In this document: in pieces, positions 18,825 through 30,200 of the stretch | How positions within the stretch are numbered: the first letter of the stretch is position 1 | Layout: each line of letters starts with the position of its first letter | Assembly: GCA_964619105.1 (NCBI GenBank) | Contig: CAZUDC010000001.1 | Span: 1 to 52,894 of the forward strand | Length of the DNA stretch: 52,894 nucleotides | DNA from: an uncultured Ruminococcus sp. | GTDB lineage: Bacteria; Bacillota; Clostridia; Oscillospirales; Ruminococcaceae | Direction of reading: 5' to 3' | The notes under the pieces: generated by a model | Seen by the model: only the letters and a program-made list of their open reading frames with translations | Database searches by the model: none | Told to the model about the DNA's origin: nothing | Translations under genes and position numbers: made by a program

Positions 18825-20423
18825 ATGAGCGAACAGGAATTACGGGCGCTGCTTGCGAGAGTGGCTGCCCTTGAAACAAAAAATGCCGAGCTTGAAAGCA
18901 AGTTCGGGGAGCTTGAAAATCAGATCGACACGGTGAACAAGTTCATTTCGGCAATCACAGAGAGCCAGTCACTTGAAAACACTATGAACGAGATCGAATC
19001 GGTCACGAAGCAGCTTACTGACTGCGACAAGGCAACATTTTACTGCTATGACAGCACCAATGACAAATTTTTTTCGCACGGAGATTACCGCAGTTGGCAG
19101 GACGAACAGAGTGCAGAGAAGCTGAAAAATGCTTTTGAAAGCAAAGACACTTTCAGCGACGGAAAAGAAGCGGTCATTCCCCTTGTATCATCGGGCGGAA
19201 AGTCAGTGGGCGTTATTGTTGCGGAAAAGTCGGAGGGCTTTACTCCTGCCGATTACAACAATTTCCGTCAGGGCTGTCAGATAGTTAATACCGTTGAGCT
19301 TGCTCTGAAAAAGGAATTTGAGCATCAGGGCAGGATCACAGACGAGCTTACACATCTGAAAAACCGTCAGGGTCTGAACGAGTATCTTTCCAATACAATG
19401 TGCGGCAGCCTTAATGACGGAAAGACGGTCAACATCGTTATGTGCGACATTGACCACTTCAAAAATATAAATGATACATACGGTCATGATGCGGGAGATA
19501 TTATCCTCAAAGGCGTTGCCGATGTTTTGCAGGAGGGCACAAGAGCAGGTGCGGATTGTGCTTTCCGAATGGGCGGCGAGGAAATGGTTTGCATTATAAA
19601 TTCCGAACCCGAAATCGCATTGGATATTGCCGAAAGGCTCAGGGAAACCGTTGAAAACAAGGTCCACAGCATTGTGAATGACGGTAAGCCCGTAGATGTC
19701 AAGGTAACTGTATCAATGGGTGTTCACACAATGGCTCCGCAGGAAGAAGTTACGCCCGAAAATGCAAGAAAGGTTTTCAATGAGGAGTTCAAACACGCTG
19801 ACAAGGCGGTTTATGATGCAAAGGAAAGCGGCAGAAATAAGGTTGTAAGCAACAACGAGCAGATAAATCTCAAATACCTTGCTCTGAAAGCTGCGGAGAT
19901 CATGTGCGGCGGTGACAGGTCGCTTGTGAATGAAATGAAAGAATTTGCTGTAAGCTGTCTTATAAATGAAAAACCCGATCAGAACCACAACACCGTTATT
20001 GAAGCGTTAAAGGGGACTGCTGAACAGAGTCCCGCTATTGCGGAGGCGGCAAACAAAATTGCTGATAGGATCGCAGAAAAATTTCACGATGTCGGAAATG
20101 CTCCCGAAAAAGCTACCGAAAAGTCTGTAAAATTTTTCAATAAAAATGAGTACGGGAAAATTCAAAACAAGGCATTCATAAACACAGATTCCAAAACGGG
20201 ATTCAATATCACTCAGAAAGCACAGAAAGAGGGAGTGACCGTTTCCGCAAAGTTTTCCGAGGGTAAGGCAACGATCACTCTTGATGCGGTCAGGGACAAG
20301 GCATTTATTGATGCTGTAGAAAATATCGGGAAATGGGCTGAAAAGGTTCAGATAAAGTATGCCGAAAAGCACCCCGACAAAACACAGGAAAACAACAAAA
20401 ATAAAGATAACAATGCGAGATAA
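18825..20423 (+). CDS. Coiled-coil + GAF + GGDEF diguanylate cyclase with a roughly 190-aa C-terminal extension
   Basis: The RBS is GGAGGA. The GGDEF domain contains DIDHFKNINDTYGHDAGD and RMGGEEM (19572-19586). A GAF-like region lies at about 18945-19320. The C-terminal part carries the INTD...KFS...ATIT module at 20172-20327. Confidence 0.8.
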   Translation: MSEQELRALLARVAALETKNAELESKFGELENQIDTVNKFISAITESQSLENTMNEIESVTKQLTDCDKATFYCYDSTNDKFFSHGDYRSWQDEQSAEKLKNAFESKDTFSDGKEAVIPLVSSGGKSVGVIVAEKSEGFTPADYNNFRQGCQIVNTVELALKKEFEHQGRITDELTHLKNRQGLNEYLSNTMCGSLNDGKTVNIVMCDIDHFKNINDTYGHDAGDIILKGVADVLQEGTRAGADCAFRMGGEEMVCIINSEPEIALDIAERLRETVENKVHSIVNDGKPVDVKVTVSMGVHTMAPQEEVTPENARKVFNEEFKHADKAVYDAKESGRNKVVSNNEQINLKYLALKAAEIMCGGDRSLVNEMKEFAVSCLINEKPDQNHNTVIEALKGTAEQSPAIAEAANKIADRIAEKFHDVGNAPEKATEKSVKFFNKNEYGKIQNKAFINTDSKTGFNITQKAQKEGVTVSAKFSEGKATITLDAVRDKAFIDAVENIGKWAEKVQIKYAEKHPDKTQENNKNKDNNAR

Positions 20424-20445
20424 CGCAGAAATAGGAGGAGTTATT

Positions 20446-20820
20446 ATGAACAACGTAAATATAATGGGCAGGATCGCAACAGATCTTACACTCAGACCCG
20501 TAAGAAGTGCGGCGGGTTTTGCAGTCAATTTCAAGGTAGCTGTTGAAAGATTTTCGGGCGGCGGAAAGATAACGGATTTTATCCGCTGCACAGTCTGGGG
20601 CAAAACAGCCGAAAGAATTTGCAAGCACCTTTCAAAGGGCAATATGATCGCAATAAACGGCAGTCTTGTTACGGGGGATTATGTTGACAGAAAAGGGATA
20701 AGAAGAACAACGACCGATGTTTGTGTCAGAGAGTTTTATTTTACGGGTGACAAATACCGCAGAAATAAGGAGCAGGACAAAGCTGTTTTTGATGATCTCG
20801 GCGGCTTTGAGGAAGTATGA
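20446..20820 (+). CDS. ssb: Single-stranded DNA-binding protein (124 aa)
   Basis: The ATG at 20446 is preceded by AGGAGGAG. I trimmed it from the listed ORF 20359..20820. The OB-fold start is MNNVNIMGRIATDLTLR with TDFIRCTVWGKTAE. The tail is acidic (FDDLGGFEEV). Confidence 0.85.
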   Translation: MNNVNIMGRIATDLTLRPVRSAAGFAVNFKVAVERFSGGGKITDFIRCTVWGKTAERICKHLSKGNMIAINGSLVTGDYVDRKGIRRTTTDVCVREFYFTGDKYRRNKEQDKAVFDDLGGFEEV

Positions 20821-20831
20821 CGGGGTGACTT

Positions 20832-21200
20832 ATGATGAATGAATTTATGAAAGAAAATGAGGTCGGAAATTCGGCAGAAAATGTTGTTTCAGCCGATGAA
20901 AAGCACGAACCAAAGAAAGAAACTGCACCCGTTGATCGTATGGATAAGCTTTTCGAAAAGCGTGAACTTCTGAAAGAGAAGCTTGCAAAGTCCATTGAAA
21001 ATGAGAAGTCCGTTGCCAACAGAACGAAACTCATTGAAGCTCAAATTGCAAAGGTTGAAAAGGAAATTCATGCAGAAGAGGTCGCAAAAATGGACAAGTT
21101 CTGTTCGGAAAGAAATTTCACCTATGATGATATTATGGGATATTTTAAGCGGTTTTCCAAAGATGCAACAATGGAAGATATTTCAGCTATGACACAATAA
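20832..21200 (+). CDS. Coiled-coil hypothetical protein (122 aa)
   Basis: The ORF lies between ssb and the giant gene. It has a heptad-like K/E-rich core. Confidence 0.45.
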   Translation: MMNEFMKENEVGNSAENVVSADEKHEPKKETAPVDRMDKLFEKRELLKEKLAKSIENEKSVANRTKLIEAQIAKVEKEIHAEEVAKMDKFCSERNFTYDDIMGYFKRFSKDATMEDISAMTQ

Positions 21201-21218
21201 AAGACAGGAGGAAAAAAT

Positions 21219-24200
21219 ATGCCCGAATACATAAACAAGGAATATTACAGACAGCTTGCGCCCAATGACAGAACCTTTCTTAATCTTACGGCACAGAGCG
21301 TTAAGGCTGTTATGGACAGGCTTACTGCCGAAAATATCAAGTTTTCCGCTACTGTCGGCTACAAAAATACTATTACCGTGAGCAAGGCGGACAGCGAGCG
21401 TGCTATGGACATAGTGAAGTCATTTGCCGACAAAAACAGAAGCAGCGAAAGAATTATCGGAAATACTCAGTACAAGGACCTGCCGCCCTCCGAGAGAAAA
21501 TATATCAATACCGATCCCGAAACAGCATTGCAGGCAGCCAATATCCTTGCGGGAGATTCGGCTATAAAATTTTCTGGAAGAATAAATGCCAACAGCGCAA
21601 CAATAACGGTTGCGGGGGATAGCAACGCAGCCTTTGTCCGCAGGATAATTGATAACATTCAGAATATGGATCTTGTGAATGAGCTGCGTGAAAAGGGATA
21701 TGAGCGCATTGCCGACACCAACGGATTTGTGAATATCCGCAATATGCAGACAGGGGAAACCGCAGGCTTTGAAAGTCTTGGTGAAGCAAGAAATATGTTT
21801 CTTGACCACGACAATGAGTTTTTTCACCCCACGGAAATGCGTATTGAGGATAATTCGCTTTATCGTATCGTTTCCGATGAGGAAAATGCCGACTATTACA
21901 TTTCCGAATATGACCCCGAAACAGGTGAGGAAAGAGCTGTTTATCTTGATGATGAGGGACATTGCCCCACATTCGGAAATGTCAATGATGCCATTGCTTA
22001 TGCCGATGAGCATGACATAGGTTACACAAATACCACAGGGCAACTTATGGAGTGGATAACAAATGATGAAGAACGTGCTGCCGACAGGGAGATGTATGAA
22101 AGAAACATTATTGCTCAGACACGGTTCCCTCATGTGGATAATCGTTATCCCAATGATATAACCTACAATCCTGACAGCAAAGCATTTTCATTGGTATATT
22201 TCAATGAAGAGGGTGACGGCGGCGACGGTGAATTTATTGACATTACTGTTACGGAAGATGATGTTCTTGCAGCATATAACTCCGATGATTTTATGGAATA
22301 TATCTATCGGAATTGCAGGCAGAATGTGATAGATACACATTCGGGATATTTTGAGGATTACGCCAAGGCATATATAGACAAGCCCGAAAATGTTGTCAGA
22401 AGATATGATGATATTGCCGTCAGCACATATCTTGAAAAGAACACACCAATTATTCAGAAAGCAATCAAAGATGAGATAACCGCCGACAGCGCTTCACTCA
22501 TAATTGACGGCTATGAGGGGACTTGGTATGTGGTCGATACCGAAAATATTGACGGCAGGGAGCTTTTTCTGCTTGAAAGCGAAAATTACGGCGATGAAGC
22601 TGCGGGCATTATTATTGATAAGGACAGAAATGTTATTATGGGCGATGTTTGGAACGGCTTTTCGGACTATCACGAAAAGTATGATAACATCACTCCCGAA
22701 GAAAAGCTTGCCGACAAGGTCGAAGCCGAGTGGAAAGCTTTTCTTGAAAATATGAAAAAGGAAACTCCTGCGGTGCTTATTGAGTCGGCGTATGAAATAA
22801 GCACAAAGGACAACATTCAGACTTACATCACGGAGGAAAAGCTTGACCTGACGGAAGAGCAGATAAATGCGCTGCTTTCCTCAAGAAATATTCTGTCGGA
22901 GCTGTATGATGACTGGTTAAGTGATGAATATCTCAACAGTTATTCAGATGTTGCAGAGCTTCTGAAACTTACAGCCGACAAAATCAATGAAACCATTGAA
23001 AGAGAAAACATTGCATTGTTCCGAAAGGAAAATCTTGCGTGTGCTCATGATATTGATGCTTTTCTGAGCAAGCATTACAATGATAACACTCTTGACAGTA
23101 ATGCCGCATTGACAGAGCTTTTGGAGAGATATTCCCTTGAAAGAATACAGGTGGTTGTTGCTGCGAATCTTTACAAGAAAGATTTTGACGGACGTATTTC
23201 AAAGGAAAACTATAACTGGGGAAATGAGGTCATAGGTAAGCTCTCCGAAAATATGCGTATGGGCATAAATGCAAATTACCTTACAGCACACCCCGGACTG
23301 CTTAATCTGTTTGCAAATACTGTTCGTGAATATGAAGAAAAGAGCCTTGAAAAAGAGCAGGCTGCCCCCGAAAGAACAGCCGAGGATATTGCCGTCGGTG
23401 ATAGATACAGATACAAGGGTGCTGATGTTGAAGTTGTATCAATGAAGGGCATTTATCCCGATGATGTGGGTATTTCCAAAAAGGAACGTTCAGGCAGCAC
23501 AGTATATGCCGTTACATCTAATGTGGATAAGTATGAGTTGCACAGGAACGGGATTTATCTCGGAAACGGTGAAAAAACGGTTGTATCCGAGCTTGATACA
23601 GCTAAAAAATATATCGAGGATTTTCTTGATTCGGAGTATTCAAGTACAGCGGATTTTTCTGATATGCAGCACATTTCTATCGGTTATACGGAAATTGGTT
23701 CGGAGGAGCAGGGAGATCACAGCTTGCAGGTCGAAGCCGACCTTGAAAACTTTTCCGTATCATATTTCATTGATGATGAGCTTGCAAAAACAGAAAAATA
23801 TGATTCTCTTGAACAGATGAACCGTGAGCATTTGTCGGCTCTGAGTTTTGAGGATATGCTTAACGTCGGCACGACAGAGCTTGACCGAATTTTAGAAGAG
23901 AAAAATGCACAGGTCAAGGCTGTTCTTGCGGTATCTCAATACGACACAAACAGATACTATATTGCAAATGATGTTACCGAAGAATCTGTCAGAAATGCGA
24001 TAAAAAATTTCGACAGGCTTTTTATGGATCTCTGCACTCTCGGCGGAACTCAGATAACCGAAGCGGAGTTTGCGCAGTATTCGCAGACTGACGGAGTTAC
24101 TGCCATTGACGTAAATATCGACGAGCAGACAATGCACATTTACGGTGCGGAAAATCCCATAACATCTTTTGCGGAGATAAAGGGTATTGATGAAATATCG

Positions 24201-27200
24201 GCGCACCTTGACCTTGATAATAACACGATCAACTTTTCTGTTATAACGATTGATGATGAAGAACCTTTTGTGACCGGTCAGTATGTCGGAAAAGATGATA
24301 TAACCGCACTTGAGGAATATCAGGAATACATTGCCGATACGGGGAAGCAGTTTGCCGATGTTACTGTTGAGTATTATCAGCTGGGCGGCGATAATGAATC
24401 ATATAATGCCGATGATGACGAGCTTGAATATATTTCCGAACATCTTGAAGATGTGCTGAGGAATAAATCTGCACTCTGCCTTGAATCGGAAACATATTCG
24501 GTAACTGCTCCCACGGAGCTTCTCGAAACGGAAGAATCCGAGCAGGAAGAACCCGAACACGAATCGGAAATTATCTGGACACCAATTCCCGAAACTTCTG
24601 ACGATAACGGTGCTCCCACAAGCTACTTTGCAAAATATAACGATGAAACATTCTGGATATCCGAAAATTTCAATGGAAAATTCGATATTGAGGAACAGGA
24701 CAGTCAGGGCAATTTTGCTCCGATAAATGATGATTTCAGTGGATTTATGCGCAGAGGAGAAGCCGAGAAATATTTTGAAGAGCATATTTCGGAATATATA
24801 GCCGAGCGTGACGAAGCTATCCTTGATGCCATTGTTGGAAATATCACCGAGCCAACAGCAGAGAAACGTGAAGAATTTGCACGAAAGAACAACACTCTTA
24901 ACAACTTTTTTAATAATAATCCGCTGGCTGTTTTCCGTGAGATCATCAAGTCGGCAGGAATTGAACCTACCGAGGATATTACCGTCAGTGAAACAAAGAA
25001 AATATTCAATTCTCTGAAAAGCACCGAAATTTCTCTTATGGGATATACCTACACCCTTGAATTTGAGCCGCACGATAACAGTCTTTCCGTCAGGGACACG
25101 GCATCAGACCGTGAAGCAAATTTTGTGTGGGGACACGCAAAGGAGCTTATGTATCTCATTGCCAACGAGAATAATATTTCCCGTGAAAATCTCATACACA
25201 ACGAGGTCATGCGTGGCACAGGCTTTCAGGACGGTAAATTCAGGGTTGCCGATTTTTATGAAACATCACCCTCAAAGAAAGATTTTGCGGATTTCTTAAA
25301 GAAAGAGTTCGGCATTGGCGGTCACAGCGGTGACGGACCCGTAAAATTCACAAATTATGATTCCAAAGGAATTGAGATCGAAACAACAGCGGGCAAGGAA
25401 AATTTCACATGGTCTGAGGTCGCAAATGTAATATCCAATCTTATGGATAAGGGTGAATACATTACTCAGAAAGATATAGATAACCGAATCCGTAATGCAC
25501 AGTGGATCATCAACAATGCAAATGAGAATACGGACTTCACACGGCTTGTTTATGCTCACGAAATTTTGCAGAAATACGGTATTGAAAAGCCTGCACCCGA
25601 TAATGAATACAAGATATATCAGCTGAAAAATAATGCCGAAAATCACGCTATACGCTTTGAGAGCTTCACTGATGCCGAGCGTTACGGCGAAGCTGCCAAA
25701 CCCGAAAATTATGAGCTTGTATATACGGGCAGCCTTGATGATTTCGAGGACAGCAACAAGCTTGAAGCAATATATACGAAATTCAACCTTGACCGTCCCG
25801 AAGATTTCAAGGGACATTCTCTTTCCGTCAGCGACATTATCGTGCTGAACAATGAAGCAAATTATGTAGATACATACGGTTTTGTTGATGTTTCCGACAG
25901 ATTTTTGGGCAGGGAAAAAGAGAAAATCAATTTGAATGATTATGAAAATATCCGTCTTGTCCGCAGAACCGAGTGGAACGATAAAGATCTCAGTAATGCC
26001 GAAAATCCTGCTTTTGAGGAAATAACCGAAAGCTACACTCCCGATGAGGACGGCTCATTTGTTAAGTATGCTCACAATACGACCAACAGCATTTTTGTTG
26101 ATGTTTGGGAGAATGAAAACAGCGTCTCTTCCGATGATATGATTGCAGATATTGCAAAGCATCTTGAAAATATGAGTAATGGCGTATCGAGCGAGGATTA
26201 TCGCATAGAGCTTACCGAAAAAGACGGTAATGTGCGTAAACTTGACAACAACTATTTTGATTTTGTGATTGAGAAGAGCAAGGTCATTGCTGAAACAATG
26301 GATTTTCCCGAAATTCCTGTTGATGAAATGAGCACGGCTGTTGATGCCGAAAACAGCAGAACGGATTACGGATATGAGCCTGCTATCGGGGATATTCTTG
26401 AGAATGACAGCGGACTTTTCCGCATTTCCGATATTTCGGAAAACATGATAACTCTTGAAGAAACATCGAGCTTGTTTCACGATTCAGAAAGAATGACCCT
26501 TGCCGATTTTATAAACCGTGGATATTCGCTTGTGGAAAAGGCAGAACCAATCGAAAAAGTCAAGTCTCCACTGGATACTTTGGAGAATATTCATTCCGAT
26601 GAGGTCAAGTCTCCGGTGGATACTCACAGCAATAATTTTGTGATTACCGATGAAAATCTCGGAGTAAACGGACCAAAGGCAAGGTTTAATGCAAATATTG
26701 CTGCGGTGGAAACTCTGAAAAACATTGAAGCAGAGGGCAGAGCCGCAACTCCCGATGAACAGAAGATACTTTCGGGCTATACGGGCTGGGGAGCTATCCC
26801 GCAGGCATTTGACCCGAATAATTCCGACTGGAAGAACGAGTATGAGAAGCTGAAAACTGTTCTTGACGATGCAGAATACTCCGAAGCAAGGCGTTCTACC
26901 CTTAATGCGCACTATACCTCTCCTATTGTAATAAACGCAATATATGAGGGACTTGCCAACATTGGCTTTGAAAAGGGAAAGATTTTAGAGCCTGCAATGG
27001 GCATCGGCAATTTCTTTGGAGCTATGCCCGAAAATATGCGTGAAAGTGAGCTTCACGGCGTTGAGCTTGATGATCTGACGGGAAGAATTGCAAAGCAGCT
27101 CTATCCCGATGCGGATATTCAGATAAAGGGTTTTGAAAAGACCGCTTTTGAGAATAACAGCTTTGATGTGGTGGTGGGTAACGTTCCCTTCGGAAATTAC

Positions 27201-30200
27201 AAGGTGAATGACAAGGACTACAACAAGAATAATTTCCTTATCCACGATTATTTTATAGCAAAATCTCTCGACAAGGTACACCCCGGAGGAGTGGTAGCAG
27301 TTATTACCTCAAAGGGAACAATGGATAAGGAAAATGACGATATCCGCAAATATATTGCACAGAGAGCAGAGCTTTTAGGTGCTATCCGTTTGCCCGACAC
27401 AGCTTTCAAGGCAAATGCGGGAACGGAAGTCGTATCGGATATTCTGTTTTTACAGAAGCGTGAAATACCTATTGAGATAGATCCCGACAAGGAGGGCTGG
27501 ATAAAGCTCAGTGTATCTGCCGACGGCTTTGATGTTAATAACTATTTTGCTGAGCACCCCGAAATGGTAATGGGTGATTTCAAGGAGGTAAGCGGCAGAT
27601 TCGGTAACGAAGTGACCGTAAAGCTTGATGATCCGTCTATGCTGAAGAGCTTGCTTTCCGAAGCTGTACAGAACATAAAGGGCGAATACAAGGCTGCATC
27701 TGTTATGAAAAATGTTGAGGAGATAAATGCCGATGTTATTCCCGCACCTGCCGAATCCCGTAAATTCAGTTATCAGGCGGTAAACGGCGAACTCTATTAC
27801 AGAGAAGCGGGGGACACTATGGAAAAGGTTCCTGTCAAAGGTAAGGGCAAGGACAAAATCGCCCGTGCTGTTGCTATGGTTGAACTTCGTGATACGGTCA
27901 GAGAGCTGCTTGATTTGCAGATGAACAATTACGACAGCTCCCTTGATGAAAGCATTTCCGAAAGCAGAGTCAAGCTCAACAAGGTATATGACGCGTTCGT
28001 TGCAAAGTACGGTTTTGTTTCCGATAAAAAGAACAGGGACGCATTTAAGGGTGACGATGATTACCAGCTCCTTTCCGCACTTGAAACCGAAAACAAGGAG
28101 ACAGGTACATACACCAAGGCTGACATTTTTGAGCATAACACGGTAAAGCCCAAGACCATTGCCGAACACGTTGAAACAGCACAGGAAGCGCTTATCATAT
28201 CCGTATCGGAAAAAGCAAAGGTGAATTTCGACTTTATGTCCGAGCTTTGCGGTATGGATAAGAACAGAATGATAGCCGACCTAAAAGGACAGATTTTCAG
28301 ACTTCCGCAGGCGGAGGAAAAGTATGTGACCGCAGACGAATATTTGACGGGTAATATCCGCAGGAAAATTGCAGAGCTGAACAATGCTCCCGAGGGTATG
28401 GACGTTTCGGAAAACAGGGCGGCTCTTGAAAAAGCAATCCCGACGAGAGTTGAAGCAAAGGACATTTCCGTAAAGCTGGGTTCTCATTGGATCGCTCCCG
28501 AATATATACGGCAGTTTATCTGCGAAAAATTCAATCCCGATTGGACAGGCAGGAATGAAATGACTGTTCAGTACAGCAAGGCGGCAGGCGAGTGGAAAAT
28601 CGAAGATGTCAATGGTGCTTCAAAGAAAAATTACACCGCAACAAATGTATTCGGAACGCACAGAATGAACGCATACAAGATTTTGGAGGGTATCCTTAAC
28701 AACAGCGATTTGCAGGTTAAGGACCGCAAGAAGGACGAGAACGGTTATGAAATGCGTGACGAAAAGGGCAACTATATCCTTGTGGTAAATCAGGAGGAAA
28801 CCAAGGCGGTACGTCAGGTTGCCAATCTCATTAAGTCCGAATTTCAGGACTGGATTTTTAAAGATCCCGAAAGACGTGAAGATTTGGTTCAGACCTACAA
28901 TGAAATGTACAACTCAATACGTCCGAGAGAATATGACGGCAGTCACCTTAATTTCGTTGGAATGAACACTGATATTACTCTGAAAGAACATCAGAAAAAC
29001 GCCGTTGCAAGAGCTTTATACGGCGGCAATACGCTGCTTGCGCACGCTGTCGGCGCTGGAAAAAGCTATGAGATGATAGCAATAGCTATGGAGGGAAAAA
29101 GGTTGGGACTGCATAATAAATCCCTTTTTGCCGTTCCCAACAGCCTTACTGAGCAAATGGGCAATGATTTCAGAAAGCTTTATCCCAATGCGAATATTCT
29201 TGTTGCCACAAAGAAAGATTTTGAAAAGGCAAACCGCCTGAAATTGTTTGCAAAGATCGCAGCCAACGACTGGGACGCTGTTATCGTCGGTCACACACAG
29301 TTTGACCGAATGGGTCTATCTCCCGAAAGAGAGCAGCAGTACATAACGGAAGAGCTTGCAAAGCTTCGTGAGGAGCTGGAGTATGCCGCAGAATTTGGCG
29401 AAAAGAGCTTTTCTGTCAAGAAGATTGAAAACGCCATTGCAAGCTATGAGGACAGGCTGAACAAGCTCAATGATGCACAGGTCAAGGACGATTTCATTGA
29501 TTTTGAAAAGCTGGGCTTTGACAAGCTGTTCATCGACGAGTGCCATATGTATAAGAACCTCGCCACAGCAACAAAAATGCACAATGTATCGGGCCTCGGC
29601 AGCGGAGGTGCAGCACGTTCCTTTAATCTGCTTATGAAGTCAAGATATATGGACGAGATCACGGGCGGTAAGGGGCAGACTTATGCCAGCGGAACGCCTA
29701 TCTCGAATTCAATGTGCGAGCTTTATACTATGATGCGTTATTTGCAGGCGGATATACTGAAAGACTGCAATATCAATCATTTCGATGAATGGGCTGCGGA
29801 TTTCGGCGATGTCAAGACCGATTACGAATTAAAACCGGAGAGTGACGGCAAATATCAGCTGAAAACACGATTTGCAAAGTTTACGAACCTGCCTGAGCTT
29901 ATGGGTATGTTCAAGGAATGTGCAGATATACGAACTGCCGATACCCTTGACCTTGAAAAGCCAAAAGCACACTATCATGAAGTAGTGGCAGAGCCTTCAA
30001 AGACGCAGAAAAAGCTGATAAAATCTCTTTCCAAGAGAGCTACGGCTATCCGTGACGGAAAGGTCGATCCCCGTGATGATAATATGCTTGTCATTACCAA
30101 TGATGGCAGAAAAATAGGACTTGACCAGAGATTGATAAATTCAACTCTGCCCGATGAAAAGGGGTCAAAGGTTAATCTCTGCATTGATAATGTTTTTGAC

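Noticed and set aside
21420-28169. Several long minus-strand ORFs inside the giant gene, including 21420-22133, 24399-25073, 25296-25817 and 27450-28169.
   Set aside because: All lie antisense to one uninterrupted 10.9-kb ORF with clear MTase and helicase motifs. Their translations are low-complexity or Cys/Phe/Ile-rich junk without start signals.
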